Assembly: GCA_016218805.1 (NCBI GenBank) | Contig: JACRCW010000109.1 | Coordinates: 48,973 to 68,972 of the forward strand | Length of the DNA: 20,000 nt | Reading direction: 5' to 3' | Origin: Deltaproteobacteria bacterium | Lineage (GTDB): Bacteria > Myxococcota > JACRCW01 | The notes under the pieces: model-generated | Databases searched by the model: none | What the model was told of the DNA's origin: nothing | What the model saw: only the letters and a program-made list of their open reading frames with translations | Shown here: one piece after another, positions 1-8,577 of the stretch | How the letters are laid out: every line of letters starts with the position of its first letter | Numbering within the stretch: the stretch's first letter is position 1 | Position numbers and translations under genes: made by a program

Positions 1-834
1 CTGGCGGATGTCGTCGGGGATTCGCTGCAATTGAGCCGGGCGGCGCAGAAGGCGGACAAGGACGTCATTGTCTTCTGCGGCGTGCACTTCATGGCGGAGA
101 CCGCCAAGATCCTGAACCCCACGCGCAAGGTGGTGGTCCCGGACCTGGAGGCCGGCTGCAGCCTGGCGGATGGCTGCCCCGCCCCCGCGTTCAAGGCGTT
201 TGTTGCCAAGCACCCCGGCGCCGCGGTGGTCAGCTACATCAACTGCTCCGCTGAGGTGAAGGCGCTCTCCGACGTCATCTGCACGTCGTCCAACGCGGAG
301 AAGATTGTGCGGGCCATGCCCCAAGACAAACCGGTGATCTTTGCACCGGACCGGCACCTGGGGCGGTGGGTGCAGAAGAAGACGGGCCGGGAGCTGGTGC
401 TGTGGGACGGCGCCTGCATTGTCCACGAGCAGTTCAGCGAGAAGGCCCTGGTGCGCCTGCTCACCCGCCACCCGGAGGCGCAGGTGCTGGCGCATCCCGA
501 GTGCGACGAGAGTGTGCTCAAGCACGCGCACTACGTGGGTTCCACGACGGGCATCATTGAGGCGGCGGAACGCAGCCCGGCGCAGGTACTCATCATTGCC
601 ACCGAGGACGGCGTGTTCCACCAGATCAAGAAGCGGGTGCCCAACAAGGAGCTCATCCAGGCGCCCGGCCAGGACGAGAGTTGCGCGTGCAACCAGTGCC
701 CGCACATGCGGCGCAACACGATGGAAAAGCTGTACCTGTGCCTGCGCGATCTCCAGCCGGAGCTGATGCTCGACGAGGACCTGCGCAAGCGCGCGCTCAA
801 GCCCATGGAGCGCATGCTGGAACTGTCCGCGTGA
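1..834 (+). CDS. nadA: Quinolinate synthase A (5'-truncated; frame is open from base 1)
   Basis: [11 protein letters not shown]...[68 protein letters not shown]. The three Fe-S cysteine motifs of NadA are present. Confidence 0.97.
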   Translation: MADVVGDSLQLSRAAQKADKDVIVFCGVHFMAETAKILNPTRKVVVPDLEAGCSLADGCPAPAFKAFVAKHPGAAVVSYINCSAEVKALSDVICTSSNAEKIVRAMPQDKPVIFAPDRHLGRWVQKKTGRELVLWDGACIVHEQFSEKALVRLLTRHPEAQVLAHPECDESVLKHAHYVGSTTGIIEAAERSPAQVLIIATEDGVFHQIKKRVPNKELIQAPGQDESCACNQCPHMRRNTMEKLYLCLRDLQPELMLDEDLRKRALKPMERMLELSA

Positions 835-881
835 ACCGGTTTCTGGCGGGTGCTGCCCTCCCGCGAATAGACTGACCCGCC

Positions 882-1670
882 ATGGTGGCGTGGGCACTTT
901 CCATTGCAGGGAGCGATCCTTCCGGAGGCGCCGGCATCCAGGCGGACCTCAAGGCGTTCCACGCCCGCGGGACGTGGGGCTGCGCCGTCCCCACGCTGCT
1001 CACCGTGCAGAACCCGTCCGGAGTGCGTGACGTGCACCCGGTGGCCCCGGAACTGGTGGAGGCGCAGGCGGAGGCCGTGCTGGAGGAGATCCTCCCCGGC
1101 GCGGTGAAGACGGGCACGCTGCACAACGCCGCCATGGTGCGCGCGGTCTCCCGCGTGCTGGCCACCCGCCCGCAGGTCCCGTACGTGCTGGACCCCATCA
1201 TCCTCAGCGGCACCGGCCGGCGCATGCTGGATGACCACGGCGTGTGGGCCATGACGGAGCTGCTGCTCCCGCGCTGCACGCTCATCACACCCAATGCGCA
1301 GGAGGCGTCCGTGCTCACCCGCCGCCCCGTGCGTGACGAGTCCGAGGCGCGCGAAGCAGCGCTGGCCCTGCAGGCCTTGGGCGCACGCGCCGTGCTGGTC
1401 AAAGGCGGCCATTTGGGTGATGCGGATGCGGTGGACGTGCTGTTTGACGGCGCGAAGTTTGAGACCTTCACGCACCCGCGGCTGGACGTGGCGCGCGTGC
1501 ACGGCAGCGGTTGCCTGCTGTCCGCCGTCATCACCGCGGAGCTGGCCAAAGGCGCCACGCTGGCCGCCGCCGTGCGGGCCGCCAAGCGCCTGCTGGCGCG
1601 CGCGCTGGAGCGCGGTCACCGGTTGGCCTCCGGCGTGCTGCTGCCGGACCCGCACGCACTGGCGGATTGA
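882..1670 (+). CDS. thiD: Hydroxymethylpyrimidine/phosphomethylpyrimidine kinase
   Basis: IAGSDPSGGAGIQADLK, LTVQN, VKTG, LDP, ITPNAQEA, VLVKGGH, HGSGC: ribokinase-fold ThiD motifs. Confidence 0.95.
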   Translation: MVAWALSIAGSDPSGGAGIQADLKAFHARGTWGCAVPTLLTVQNPSGVRDVHPVAPELVEAQAEAVLEEILPGAVKTGTLHNAAMVRAVSRVLATRPQVPYVLDPIILSGTGRRMLDDHGVWAMTELLLPRCTLITPNAQEASVLTRRPVRDESEAREAALALQALGARAVLVKGGHLGDADAVDVLFDGAKFETFTHPRLDVARVHGSGCLLSAVITAELAKGATLAAAVRAAKRLLARALERGHRLASGVLLPDPHALAD

Positions 1671-1766
1671 CGTCCCGGGTCCGGCCGGCGTGGCCGCCCG
1701 CACTCAGGCATGCTGCGTGACGGCGGGTCCTGCCCTTGAAGGCTGAAGGTCCCACCAGGAGGCGCC

Positions 1767-2810
1767 ATGAAGCTGGACGCAGTTCCCGAAGGGCTCGTCG
1801 AGACGGTGGCCAGCCTGCTGGGCGTGGTGCCCTCTCCTGTCATCCGGCTGCTGTGGAGCACGGTGCTGCCCCGCATGGTGGTGCCGGCCATGCGCCTGGG
1901 TGTGTTTGAGGCCATTGCGCAGGACAAGCATGATCCAGAGGACATTGCCCGCGCTTGCGATTGTCACCCCGAGGGCATGGCCATGCTGCTGGCCGGGCTC
2001 AACGGCTTTGGCTTTCTCAAGCGCCGGGGCGGCCGGTACTTCCTGGCGCGGGATACGGCGCGGTGGATCGTCGCCAGTTCGCCGTCATCCGTGCGCGCGG
2101 CCATGGAGTTCTCCCCCGTGCTTGACGAGATGATGGCGGGGATGGAGGACGCCATCCGCACCGGGCAGCGGAAGAACATGCATGAGACGCCGCACAGCCC
2201 GCAGTTCTGGAAGGGTTATCTGGAGGGACTGGGCGCGGTGGCGCGCATCACGGGCCGCGAGATTGCCGCGCGGCTGCGGGTGGGCAGTCCCAAGCGCATT
2301 CTTGACGTGGGCGGCGGTCACGGCTGTTACAGCGTGGCCTTCTGCACGCGTTTTCCAGACGCCACGGCGGAGGTTCTGGACCTGCCGCCCGCGGCCGAGG
2401 CCGGCCGCGCGATTGTGTCGCGCCTGGGCTTCAGTGACCGCGTAGGCTTCCGCGAAGGCGACCTGCGCACCACGCCCTGGGGCGACGGTCACGACGTCAT
2501 CCTGCTGTTCAACGTGATGCACAACCTTCCCGAAGCGCTGGCGCAGGAAGCGGTGCACCGCGCGTACAGTGCGCTTGCTCCCGGCGGGAGCTTGGTGATT
2601 CTTGACGGGGATCACGCCGGCAAGAGCGGGGACCTCAATGCCGCGGAGGGTTTTGGCGAGCTGTTCTTCTACGCCATCAGTTCCTCCAAGACCTGGCCGG
2701 AGCCGACGCTGCGCGCGTGGCTGAAAGCGGCGCATTTCAAGGAGGCGCGCAAGCTCCGCCTGTTCACGTTTCCCAACATGCTGTTGTTGCATGCGCGCAA
2801 GGGCGCGTGA
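1767..2810 (+). CDS. Class I SAM-dependent O-methyltransferase (Methyltransf_2-type with N-terminal dimerisation helix-turn-helix)
   Basis: RLGVFEAIA...IARAC dimerisation region, ILDVGGGHG SAM motif, VLDLP, GDL, FNVMHN, ALAPGGSLVILD. AGGAGG RBS precedes the ATG. Confidence 0.88.
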   Translation: MKLDAVPEGLVETVASLLGVVPSPVIRLLWSTVLPRMVVPAMRLGVFEAIAQDKHDPEDIARACDCHPEGMAMLLAGLNGFGFLKRRGGRYFLARDTARWIVASSPSSVRAAMEFSPVLDEMMAGMEDAIRTGQRKNMHETPHSPQFWKGYLEGLGAVARITGREIAARLRVGSPKRILDVGGGHGCYSVAFCTRFPDATAEVLDLPPAAEAGRAIVSRLGFSDRVGFREGDLRTTPWGDGHDVILLFNVMHNLPEALAQEAVHRAYSALAPGGSLVILDGDHAGKSGDLNAAEGFGELFFYAISSSKTWPEPTLRAWLKAAHFKEARKLRLFTFPNMLLLHARKGA

Positions 2811-2986
2811 CTGGCGGCGCTGCTGTGCTCACGCGTGCTGACGCGGTTTGCCACCACCCGCCCCATCCTGGTCGCCCGCGCTCCACCGCCAGCACCTCGT
2901 GCGTCTCGGTCACCATGCGCGGCGCGTCCGGATGGCGGCGGACCTGGATGACGTCCCCGGCGCGGCGGACCACATTGGAGCCGCGC

Positions 2987-4126
2987 CTACCTGAGAAACG
3001 GACTGCGGTGCGCCACCACGCGCTGCATGGGGGTCAGCGCAAGTGACGTTGCCACCGGGTCACGGTGCATCAGGTTCACGCGCGCGGAGGCATCATCCTC
3101 CGGCGTGTCCGGCAGCGGGTCCACCACGAACGAGCCGTCCGACGCGGACGCCTCCACCGGGTGGAACAGCCCCAGCGCGTGACCCAGTTCGTGCGCCAGG
3201 AGCAGTCCGGTGCGTTCGTGCGCCTGCACGTTGTCCGCGCGCCAGTCAGCCCGGATGAGCACCAGCGAGGCCACCGTTCCCATCCCCGCCGCCAGCGGGA
3301 GGCTGGTGACCATGGACGGGACTTCCGTTTCTCCCGTGCCGGGAGTGCTCACGGCCAGACGCTCCAGCACCACGACGTCCACCGCGGTCCCTTCCGGCAG
3401 CGTTGCGGCAAGGTCCTCCAACTGCGCCGACCGCAGCGACGGCAAGGGGAGGACCAACTCCGACCTGCTGGAGGTCACCCGCGCGAAGCGCAGCACAATC
3501 CCCGCTTGCGCCCACACCCCGCGCGCGTGGTCCAGCGTGCGCAACAGCCACGGGTGCGTGACGTCGTTGTCGTCCGGCAGACCGGTTGCCTGGTGGAGGT
3601 GCAAGCGCACGTCCAGCACGCGGTCACGCGCGGGGGGAGCGGCGGCAAACACGGCCTGCACATCCAGCACTCCGGACCATGGCGTCACGCCGCCGTCGTC
3701 AGGCACGTGCTCCACGCGGAAGGTCAGCACGTGCTTGCCCGCGGGGAAGTCCGCCGCGGGCCCATCAGGACAGCCAAACGCCACGGCGCCCCACCCCGGT
3801 CTGGTCCGGCAAGGCCCCCACAACCCCAGCCCCGTCCCGGCGGACCATTCCATTTCTGCCAGCGTCACGGCGCGTCCCGCATCCGCGGTTGCCAGCACGC
3901 CACCCCGCGTGTCCCAGCTGCCCAGCGCAATGCGTGTATCCCGGGGCGCACCGGAAACGTGCACCAGTGCGGCCGTTGCGTCGTCGGGAACCGCCACCGC
4001 CACGGTGGCTCCTCCGTCAGAGACCTGCACCGCGGTATGCACGGGAGCGGGGCCCGCGTCCGGGCCGGGCGGCGCGGGACAGGCCGCCGCGGCAAGAGAC
4101 AGCGCAAGGACGACCGGCCGCAGCAC
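2987..4126 (-). CDS. Lipoprotein zinc metallopeptidase, metzincin clan (M43/pappalysin-like C-terminal domain)
   Basis: Lipobox-like LSLAAAA-C, HELGHALGLFH zinc motif (3161-3193), DPLPDTP and NLM Met-turn. AGGAGG RBS precedes the GTG start. Confidence 0.82.
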   Translation of the reverse strand: MLRPVVLALSLAAAACPAPPGPDAGPAPVHTAVQVSDGGATVAVAVPDDATAALVHVSGAPRDTRIALGSWDTRGGVLATADAGRAVTLAEMEWSAGTGLGLWGPCRTRPGWGAVAFGCPDGPAADFPAGKHVLTFRVEHVPDDGGVTPWSGVLDVQAVFAAAPPARDRVLDVRLHLHQATGLPDDNDVTHPWLLRTLDHARGVWAQAGIVLRFARVTSSRSELVLPLPSLRSAQLEDLAATLPEGTAVDVVVLERLAVSTPGTGETEVPSMVTSLPLAAGMGTVASLVLIRADWRADNVQAHERTGLLLAHELGHALGLFHPVEASASDGSFVVDPLPDTPEDDASARVNLMHRDPVATSLALTPMQRVVAHRSPFLR

Positions 4127-4224
4127 GTTCCTCCTGTGGCACGCGCCGCGTGGGGCGCGCCAGCACAGCGCGTCGTCGCCTGGCGCTTGCGCAAACAGCG
4201 GTGCTCTCGTACCCGGGTTGTTAC

Positions 4225-5037
4225 ATGCGCATCGCTACGCTGCTGCTCCACTTGGCCCTCGGCCTTGCGGATCCACCCGTCGAGAACGGAGCCCCCCCGG
4301 CGCCGCCCCCCCCAGAAGGCGGCGCGCCTGCGCCCGTCCAACCGGACCCGCCCACGGTCTTCCCCGACGTGGATGACGAGGACTCCGAGGGTGCCAGGCC
4401 GCGGAAGAAACCGAAGAGCAGCCGTGACCGCGAAGACGACGACGAGGCGGACGCGACGGAAGCTCCCGCCAATCCCCTGATGGTCGGCGCGGGGACGGGG
4501 GCCGCGACCTGTGCCGCGGGGCTGGTGGCGGGCGGATGCCTGCTGCTGCTGGGTGTGGTCCCGTACATTGGGGGAATGGTGCTGGGGGCCACCGTGATGA
4601 TCGGCTGGGCGGTGGTTTCCACGGTGGCCAGCACGGCGGGATTCCTGGCGTCCAAGAAACTGAAGTCAGGTGGCATCCCCATCTACTTCATTCTGCCGGC
4701 GGTTCTCATCCCGGTTGGCCTGGCCGGGGCGTTGGGCGCCGCACAGTTCCTCGTCGCGTCGGCCATTGGCACGGCGTTGTTCCTGGCCTGGTCGTTCAGC
4801 GGCTTCGTCGCGGGCACCGCCATCAGCGGGAACGGCGGTTCGGTCGTGCTGCTGGGGATGATCGCCGCCGCCGTGGTCAGCTGGGTCGGTCTCCTCGCGG
4901 GCGCGTACATCGTGAACATCCTGCTGCAGTCCGCCGGACTGGCCCTGGGCTCCGGGATTGTGGGAGGGCTTGCCGCGTTCAAGACCTGGCAGGACAACTC
5001 GCAGGCCAGCAGCGACGAGGATGACGACGACGATTGA
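4225..5037 (+). CDS. Hypothetical multi-pass membrane protein with Pro-rich/acidic N-terminal region
   Basis: Start reassigned to MRIATLLLHLALGLA, because the ORF-track start at 3586 overlaps the minus-strand peptidase. Hydrophobic leader, Pro-rich then charged linker, about 5 hydrophobic segments, acidic tail SSDEDDDDD. Confidence 0.7.
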   Translation: MRIATLLLHLALGLADPPVENGAPPAPPPPEGGAPAPVQPDPPTVFPDVDDEDSEGARPRKKPKSSRDREDDDEADATEAPANPLMVGAGTGAATCAAGLVAGGCLLLLGVVPYIGGMVLGATVMIGWAVVSTVASTAGFLASKKLKSGGIPIYFILPAVLIPVGLAGALGAAQFLVASAIGTALFLAWSFSGFVAGTAISGNGGSVVLLGMIAAAVVSWVGLLAGAYIVNILLQSAGLALGSGIVGGLAAFKTWQDNSQASSDEDDDDD

Positions 5038-5153
5038 GGCGAATCACGGCGAATGGGCCGGGTTGCCCTTCATCCGGGAAAGGTGAACGATGGTACCCGC
5101 CGGCCCGTGCGGACGGGGCGCAGGCTGAGGGCCGGCCTGCGCAAGGAGCGTCA

Positions 5154-8138
5154 ATGCTGGGTCTACACGTCATGGCGTTGTGCCTGCATGTTGCGGCCGT
5201 TCCGCAGGCGGAGCGTGTGCGTCAGATGGTGCGTGATGCCCGGGCATCCGGCACACCGTCACCCTGGGGCGCGCCGCTGTTTCCGGCGGAAATGGAAATC
5301 ACGGATATCCGCGAGACCGAGGGTGCGCTGGTGGTGCAACTGCGCGGCCTGACGCGTTCGCCGCCCTGGCAGCGCGAAGTGGTGGAGGAACTCCAGCGCG
5401 AGACATTGCTGGGATCCGCCGCCGCCCACGAGGTCACGCGACCGATCCGGTGGGAGCGTGCCGAGGACGGAGCGCCGCTGTGGCACTCGGATGCGCGCGC
5501 GGTGTCCGGTCCGCCGGTGGTGGAAGTCCGCAAGGAGCGTCCCACCGGCCATCCCTGGGGGCGGCCGCTTGCGGGCCGGCGCATCGCCCTTTCTGCGGGC
5601 CATGGCTGGTTGGACAACGGTGGCAGCTGGAGCACGCAGCGGGTCCGGTGGGCCTTCACCGGGTGCGGCGCGTGCCGCGGCATCACGGAGGACTTCTTCA
5701 CGGCGGAACTGGTCACGGGCCACGTGATTCCATTGTTGGAGAACATGGGCGCCACCGTGGTGCTGGTGCGCGAGCCCGACCTGTCCGACGCCACGGAAAC
5801 CCTGGTGGACAATGGCGACGCGGCCTACGGCGAGACGGGCACCTGGGCGGACGGCACGGCCACCGGCGGATGGGACGGCGATTACCGCGCGTATCCGGGC
5901 GTGGACGGCGTGGCGCGCTTTGACGTTGCTGTTGGAGCGCCGGGAAGGCGCCGGGCCAGCGCGCGCTACGTGCACGGAACCAACCGAAACACCTCCGCGG
6001 TGTTGACGCTGCATCACGCGGGCGGCAACCGCGTATTCAATATTGACCAGACGCAGACCGGCACGTGGTGGATGGACCTGGGAGAGGCGTTCTTTGACGT
6101 GGAGGGCGCTTGGCTGACCTGGTCCGCCAACCCGGCGGCGGGGTATCTTGTTGCGGACGCAGTGAAGGTGGGCGGCGGGATGTTTGCCGCGGCGCGCAAG
6201 CCGTTCTGGCAGATGGCCGCGGAGTCCTACGTGCCGTGGAGCGGTGCGCCCGCGGACGTGACCGCACGCGGTGATGTCACCATCCGTCCTGCGTTTGTCC
6301 AACATGTGGGCGCTGACGTCTACGTCTCCATCCACGCCAACGCTTCCGGCGTGGCCGGCGGCAGCAGCGCCAACGGAATCTCCACCTATCGCTACTCGTG
6401 CTGGGCGGAAACCGCGCAATACTCCGACCACACATCGTCAGCCGGGGCCGCGGCGTGCGACGATCCTCCGGGCTCACGGGAGCTGTTGGACACCGTGCAC
6501 GCCGCCGTGCTGGCGCGGCTGCGCCAGGACTGGGATCCCAACTACCGTGACCGCGGGCGGTTGGTGGCCAACTTTGGTGAAGTCCGGGAATTGACGGATA
6601 TACCGGGAATCCTGATTGAGACCGGTTTCTTTGATAACCTGGAAAATCCCTCCGGCACGCCGCCACCGCGGTACGCGGACAACCGCACGCTGCATGACCC
6701 GCGCTGGCGTGATGCGTTTGCGCATGGGCTGGCGGAGGGACTGGCGCGTTATCTGGGCGCGGGAACGCAGGCGCCACCCCTGCGTCCCACCGGGGTGCGC
6801 GCGGTGAACCAACCGGACGGCACGTTGCGTGTGGCGTGGGACGCCGTGACGGGTGCGGACGCGTACCGCGTCTACGTAGCCCGCCATGAGCGCGCGTGGG
6901 ATGAGGGTGCCGTCGTGAACGGGATGGTGACGGTGCTGGCGGATGTTGCCCCGGGTGAGGTGGTGGCAGTCCGCGTGGCCGCGCTGGGTGAGGGCGGGGA
7001 GGGCTTCCCGTCTCAGGCGGTGGTGGCACGCCGGCGGGGCGCGCACCTGGTGGCGCACGCGCCGGCGGAGCTGCTGGTGCTGCAGGCATATGACCGGCGT
7101 GACGCCTGGGTGCAGACGGTGGACAACGACCTCAACCACGCCGTGGAGCACGCGGAGGCGCTCCGGCGGGTCACGGGCATGGACGTGTATTTTGACGGCG
7201 CGCTCGACGAGGCGGTGGAGCAGGGCGCGGTGAGCCTGTCCGACTACCGGGTGGTGGACTTTGCGGCCGGGAAGGACTCTGCGCAGGATGAGAGCGTGAG
7301 CACCGCCATGCAGGGCCTGCTCCGCGCCTACCGTGATGCCGGCGGCGGACTGTTCATCTCCGGCGAGGAGATTGGCTACGACCTGGTGGACGTCTCCACG
7401 GATCCCGCCGACGAGGCGTTCCTCTCCGAGGTGCTGCTGGCCACGTACGTGGCGGACGATGCGGAGACGTACATCATGCAGGCGCCGCCCACGGGCCCGT
7501 TCTCCGGGCTGGCGGACCTGATGCTGGATGATGGCACTGGCGGCGTCTATGAAGTGGTCTATCCGGACGTGATGGCGCCGACGGCGGACGCGGAAGTGGC
7601 GCTGGTGTACCCGGACGGACGCGCGGCGGCAGTGGCGGGAGCGGGGCTGGTGTTCCTGGGCGCACCGTTGGAGGCGGTGGTCCCGGTGTCGTCGCGCGCG
7701 GCGCTGCTGGAGCGCGTTCTCCGGTGGCTGGTGCCGGAGCTGTCCACCGGTGACACGGACCTGGACGGCGCCTCTGACGCCTGCGAGACCGCGTACGGCC
7801 TGGACCCTCTCTCCGACGTGGACGGCCCGCTGGATGCGGACGGTGACGGCACCTCCAACGCCGTGGAATGCCAGCGGGGGACCTCACCCGTCGCGGCGGA
7901 GCAGGACGGCGGGACCCTCCCGGACGCGGGCACGTGGACTGACGCCGGCAACGCGCAGGACAGCGGCAGCGGTCAGCCGGACCCGGGTGGCGCGGGAGAC
8001 GCTCCGTCGTCACCGTCGTGCGGGTGCGGCACCACCGGGCACGGAGGCACACCGCTCAGCACCGCGGCACTGGTGCTGCTGGCCGTAGCGGCTCACAGGC
8101 GGAAGGCGTGCCGCCGGACCAGTTCCGCGCCGCAGTAG
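5154..8138 (+). CDS. Multidomain N-acetylmuramoyl-L-alanine amidase (Amidase_3) with inserted golvesin-like beta domain, FN3 domain, Ca-binding TSP3-like repeats and MYXO-CTERM-like anchor
   Basis: GRRIALSAGHG, ITED, VSIHANA and ILIETGFFDN supply the zinc/catalytic H,E,H,E. VDNGD..Y.E.G.W...ADAVK insert, LRVAWDAVTGADAYRVY FN3, DTDLDGASD/DADGDGTSN, SCGCG-TM-HRRK tail. AAGGAG RBS precedes ATG 5154. Confidence 0.85.
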   Translation: MLGLHVMALCLHVAAVPQAERVRQMVRDARASGTPSPWGAPLFPAEMEITDIRETEGALVVQLRGLTRSPPWQREVVEELQRETLLGSAAAHEVTRPIRWERAEDGAPLWHSDARAVSGPPVVEVRKERPTGHPWGRPLAGRRIALSAGHGWLDNGGSWSTQRVRWAFTGCGACRGITEDFFTAELVTGHVIPLLENMGATVVLVREPDLSDATETLVDNGDAAYGETGTWADGTATGGWDGDYRAYPGVDGVARFDVAVGAPGRRRASARYVHGTNRNTSAVLTLHHAGGNRVFNIDQTQTGTWWMDLGEAFFDVEGAWLTWSANPAAGYLVADAVKVGGGMFAAARKPFWQMAAESYVPWSGAPADVTARGDVTIRPAFVQHVGADVYVSIHANASGVAGGSSANGISTYRYSCWAETAQYSDHTSSAGAAACDDPPGSRELLDTVHAAVLARLRQDWDPNYRDRGRLVANFGEVRELTDIPGILIETGFFDNLENPSGTPPPRYADNRTLHDPRWRDAFAHGLAEGLARYLGAGTQAPPLRPTGVRAVNQPDGTLRVAWDAVTGADAYRVYVARHERAWDEGAVVNGMVTVLADVAPGEVVAVRVAALGEGGEGFPSQAVVARRRGAHLVAHAPAELLVLQAYDRRDAWVQTVDNDLNHAVEHAEALRRVTGMDVYFDGALDEAVEQGAVSLSDYRVVDFAAGKDSAQDESVSTAMQGLLRAYRDAGGGLFISGEEIGYDLVDVSTDPADEAFLSEVLLATYVADDAETYIMQAPPTGPFSGLADLMLDDGTGGVYEVVYPDVMAPTADAEVALVYPDGRAAAVAGAGLVFLGAPLEAVVPVSSRAALLERVLRWLVPELSTGDTDLDGASDACETAYGLDPLSDVDGPLDADGDGTSNAVECQRGTSPVAAEQDGGTLPDAGTWTDAGNAQDSGSGQPDPGGAGDAPSSPSCGCGTTGHGGTPLSTAALVLLAVAAHRRKACRRTSSAPQ

Positions 8139-8455
8139 AGGCAGCGGGCGTGACGGGGATTGACGGTGCGCTGACACGCGTCACAGCGGTTGCCCGCCGT
8201 GGCTATCTTTCCGTCCAGCGTGCCGTCCCGCAGATCGATCTCCTGGATCTTGGCCATCAGGCGGTCGTCATCCAGGTGCGCCGTTTCCCGCATGAGTTCC
8301 CACATGGCCTGGCAGGCCAGCTGCATCTTGTCGACGCGTGCTTCCAGGAACTGGATGTACTCCTTGACCTGCTCGGACTTGTTCTCGGCGGACGCGGCCG
8401 CATTCCGGGCGTCGTGGATGCTCCGTTGCTGGTGGAGTTCCCAGAACATGGACAT
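8093..8455 (-). CDS. Small hypothetical protein with coiled coil and C-terminal zinc ribbon (120 aa)
   Basis: MSMFWELHQQ start with AGGAGG RBS 7 nt upstream, helical LEARVDKMQL segment, EIDLRDG.LDGK, CDAC...CLYCG. Confidence 0.8.
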   Translation of the reverse strand: MSMFWELHQQRSIHDARNAAASAENKSEQVKEYIQFLEARVDKMQLACQAMWELMRETAHLDDDRLMAKIQEIDLRDGTLDGKIATAGNRCDACQRTVNPRHARCLYCGAELVRRHAFRL

Positions 8456-8577
8456 GTCATCGCCTCCTGTCGCGGTCGGCCGGACCCCAAGGCGGTCCGC
8501 GGCAACCACGTGCGGGTTCTCTCTGGCACGCGCCCCGGATGTGCCGCTAGTGTGCGCCGCCCTCCCCGGCCCCTCCC

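Noticed and set aside
1671..1766. TPP or SAM riboswitch near thiD and the methyltransferase
   Set aside because: No CUGAGA or other conserved aptamer core was found, and the gap is short.
4137..4147. TGGCACGCGCC, also at 8524-8534, as a sigma54 promoter or shared operator in two divergent gaps
   Set aside because: The -24 element matches but the TTGC -12 element is missing in both copies. Two GC-rich 11-mers are weak evidence.
3586..4224. N-terminal extension of the 483-aa ORF, and plus-strand ORFs 3065-4480 and 3210-4376
   Set aside because: These are antisense shadows of the minus-strand peptidase, typical of high-GC DNA.
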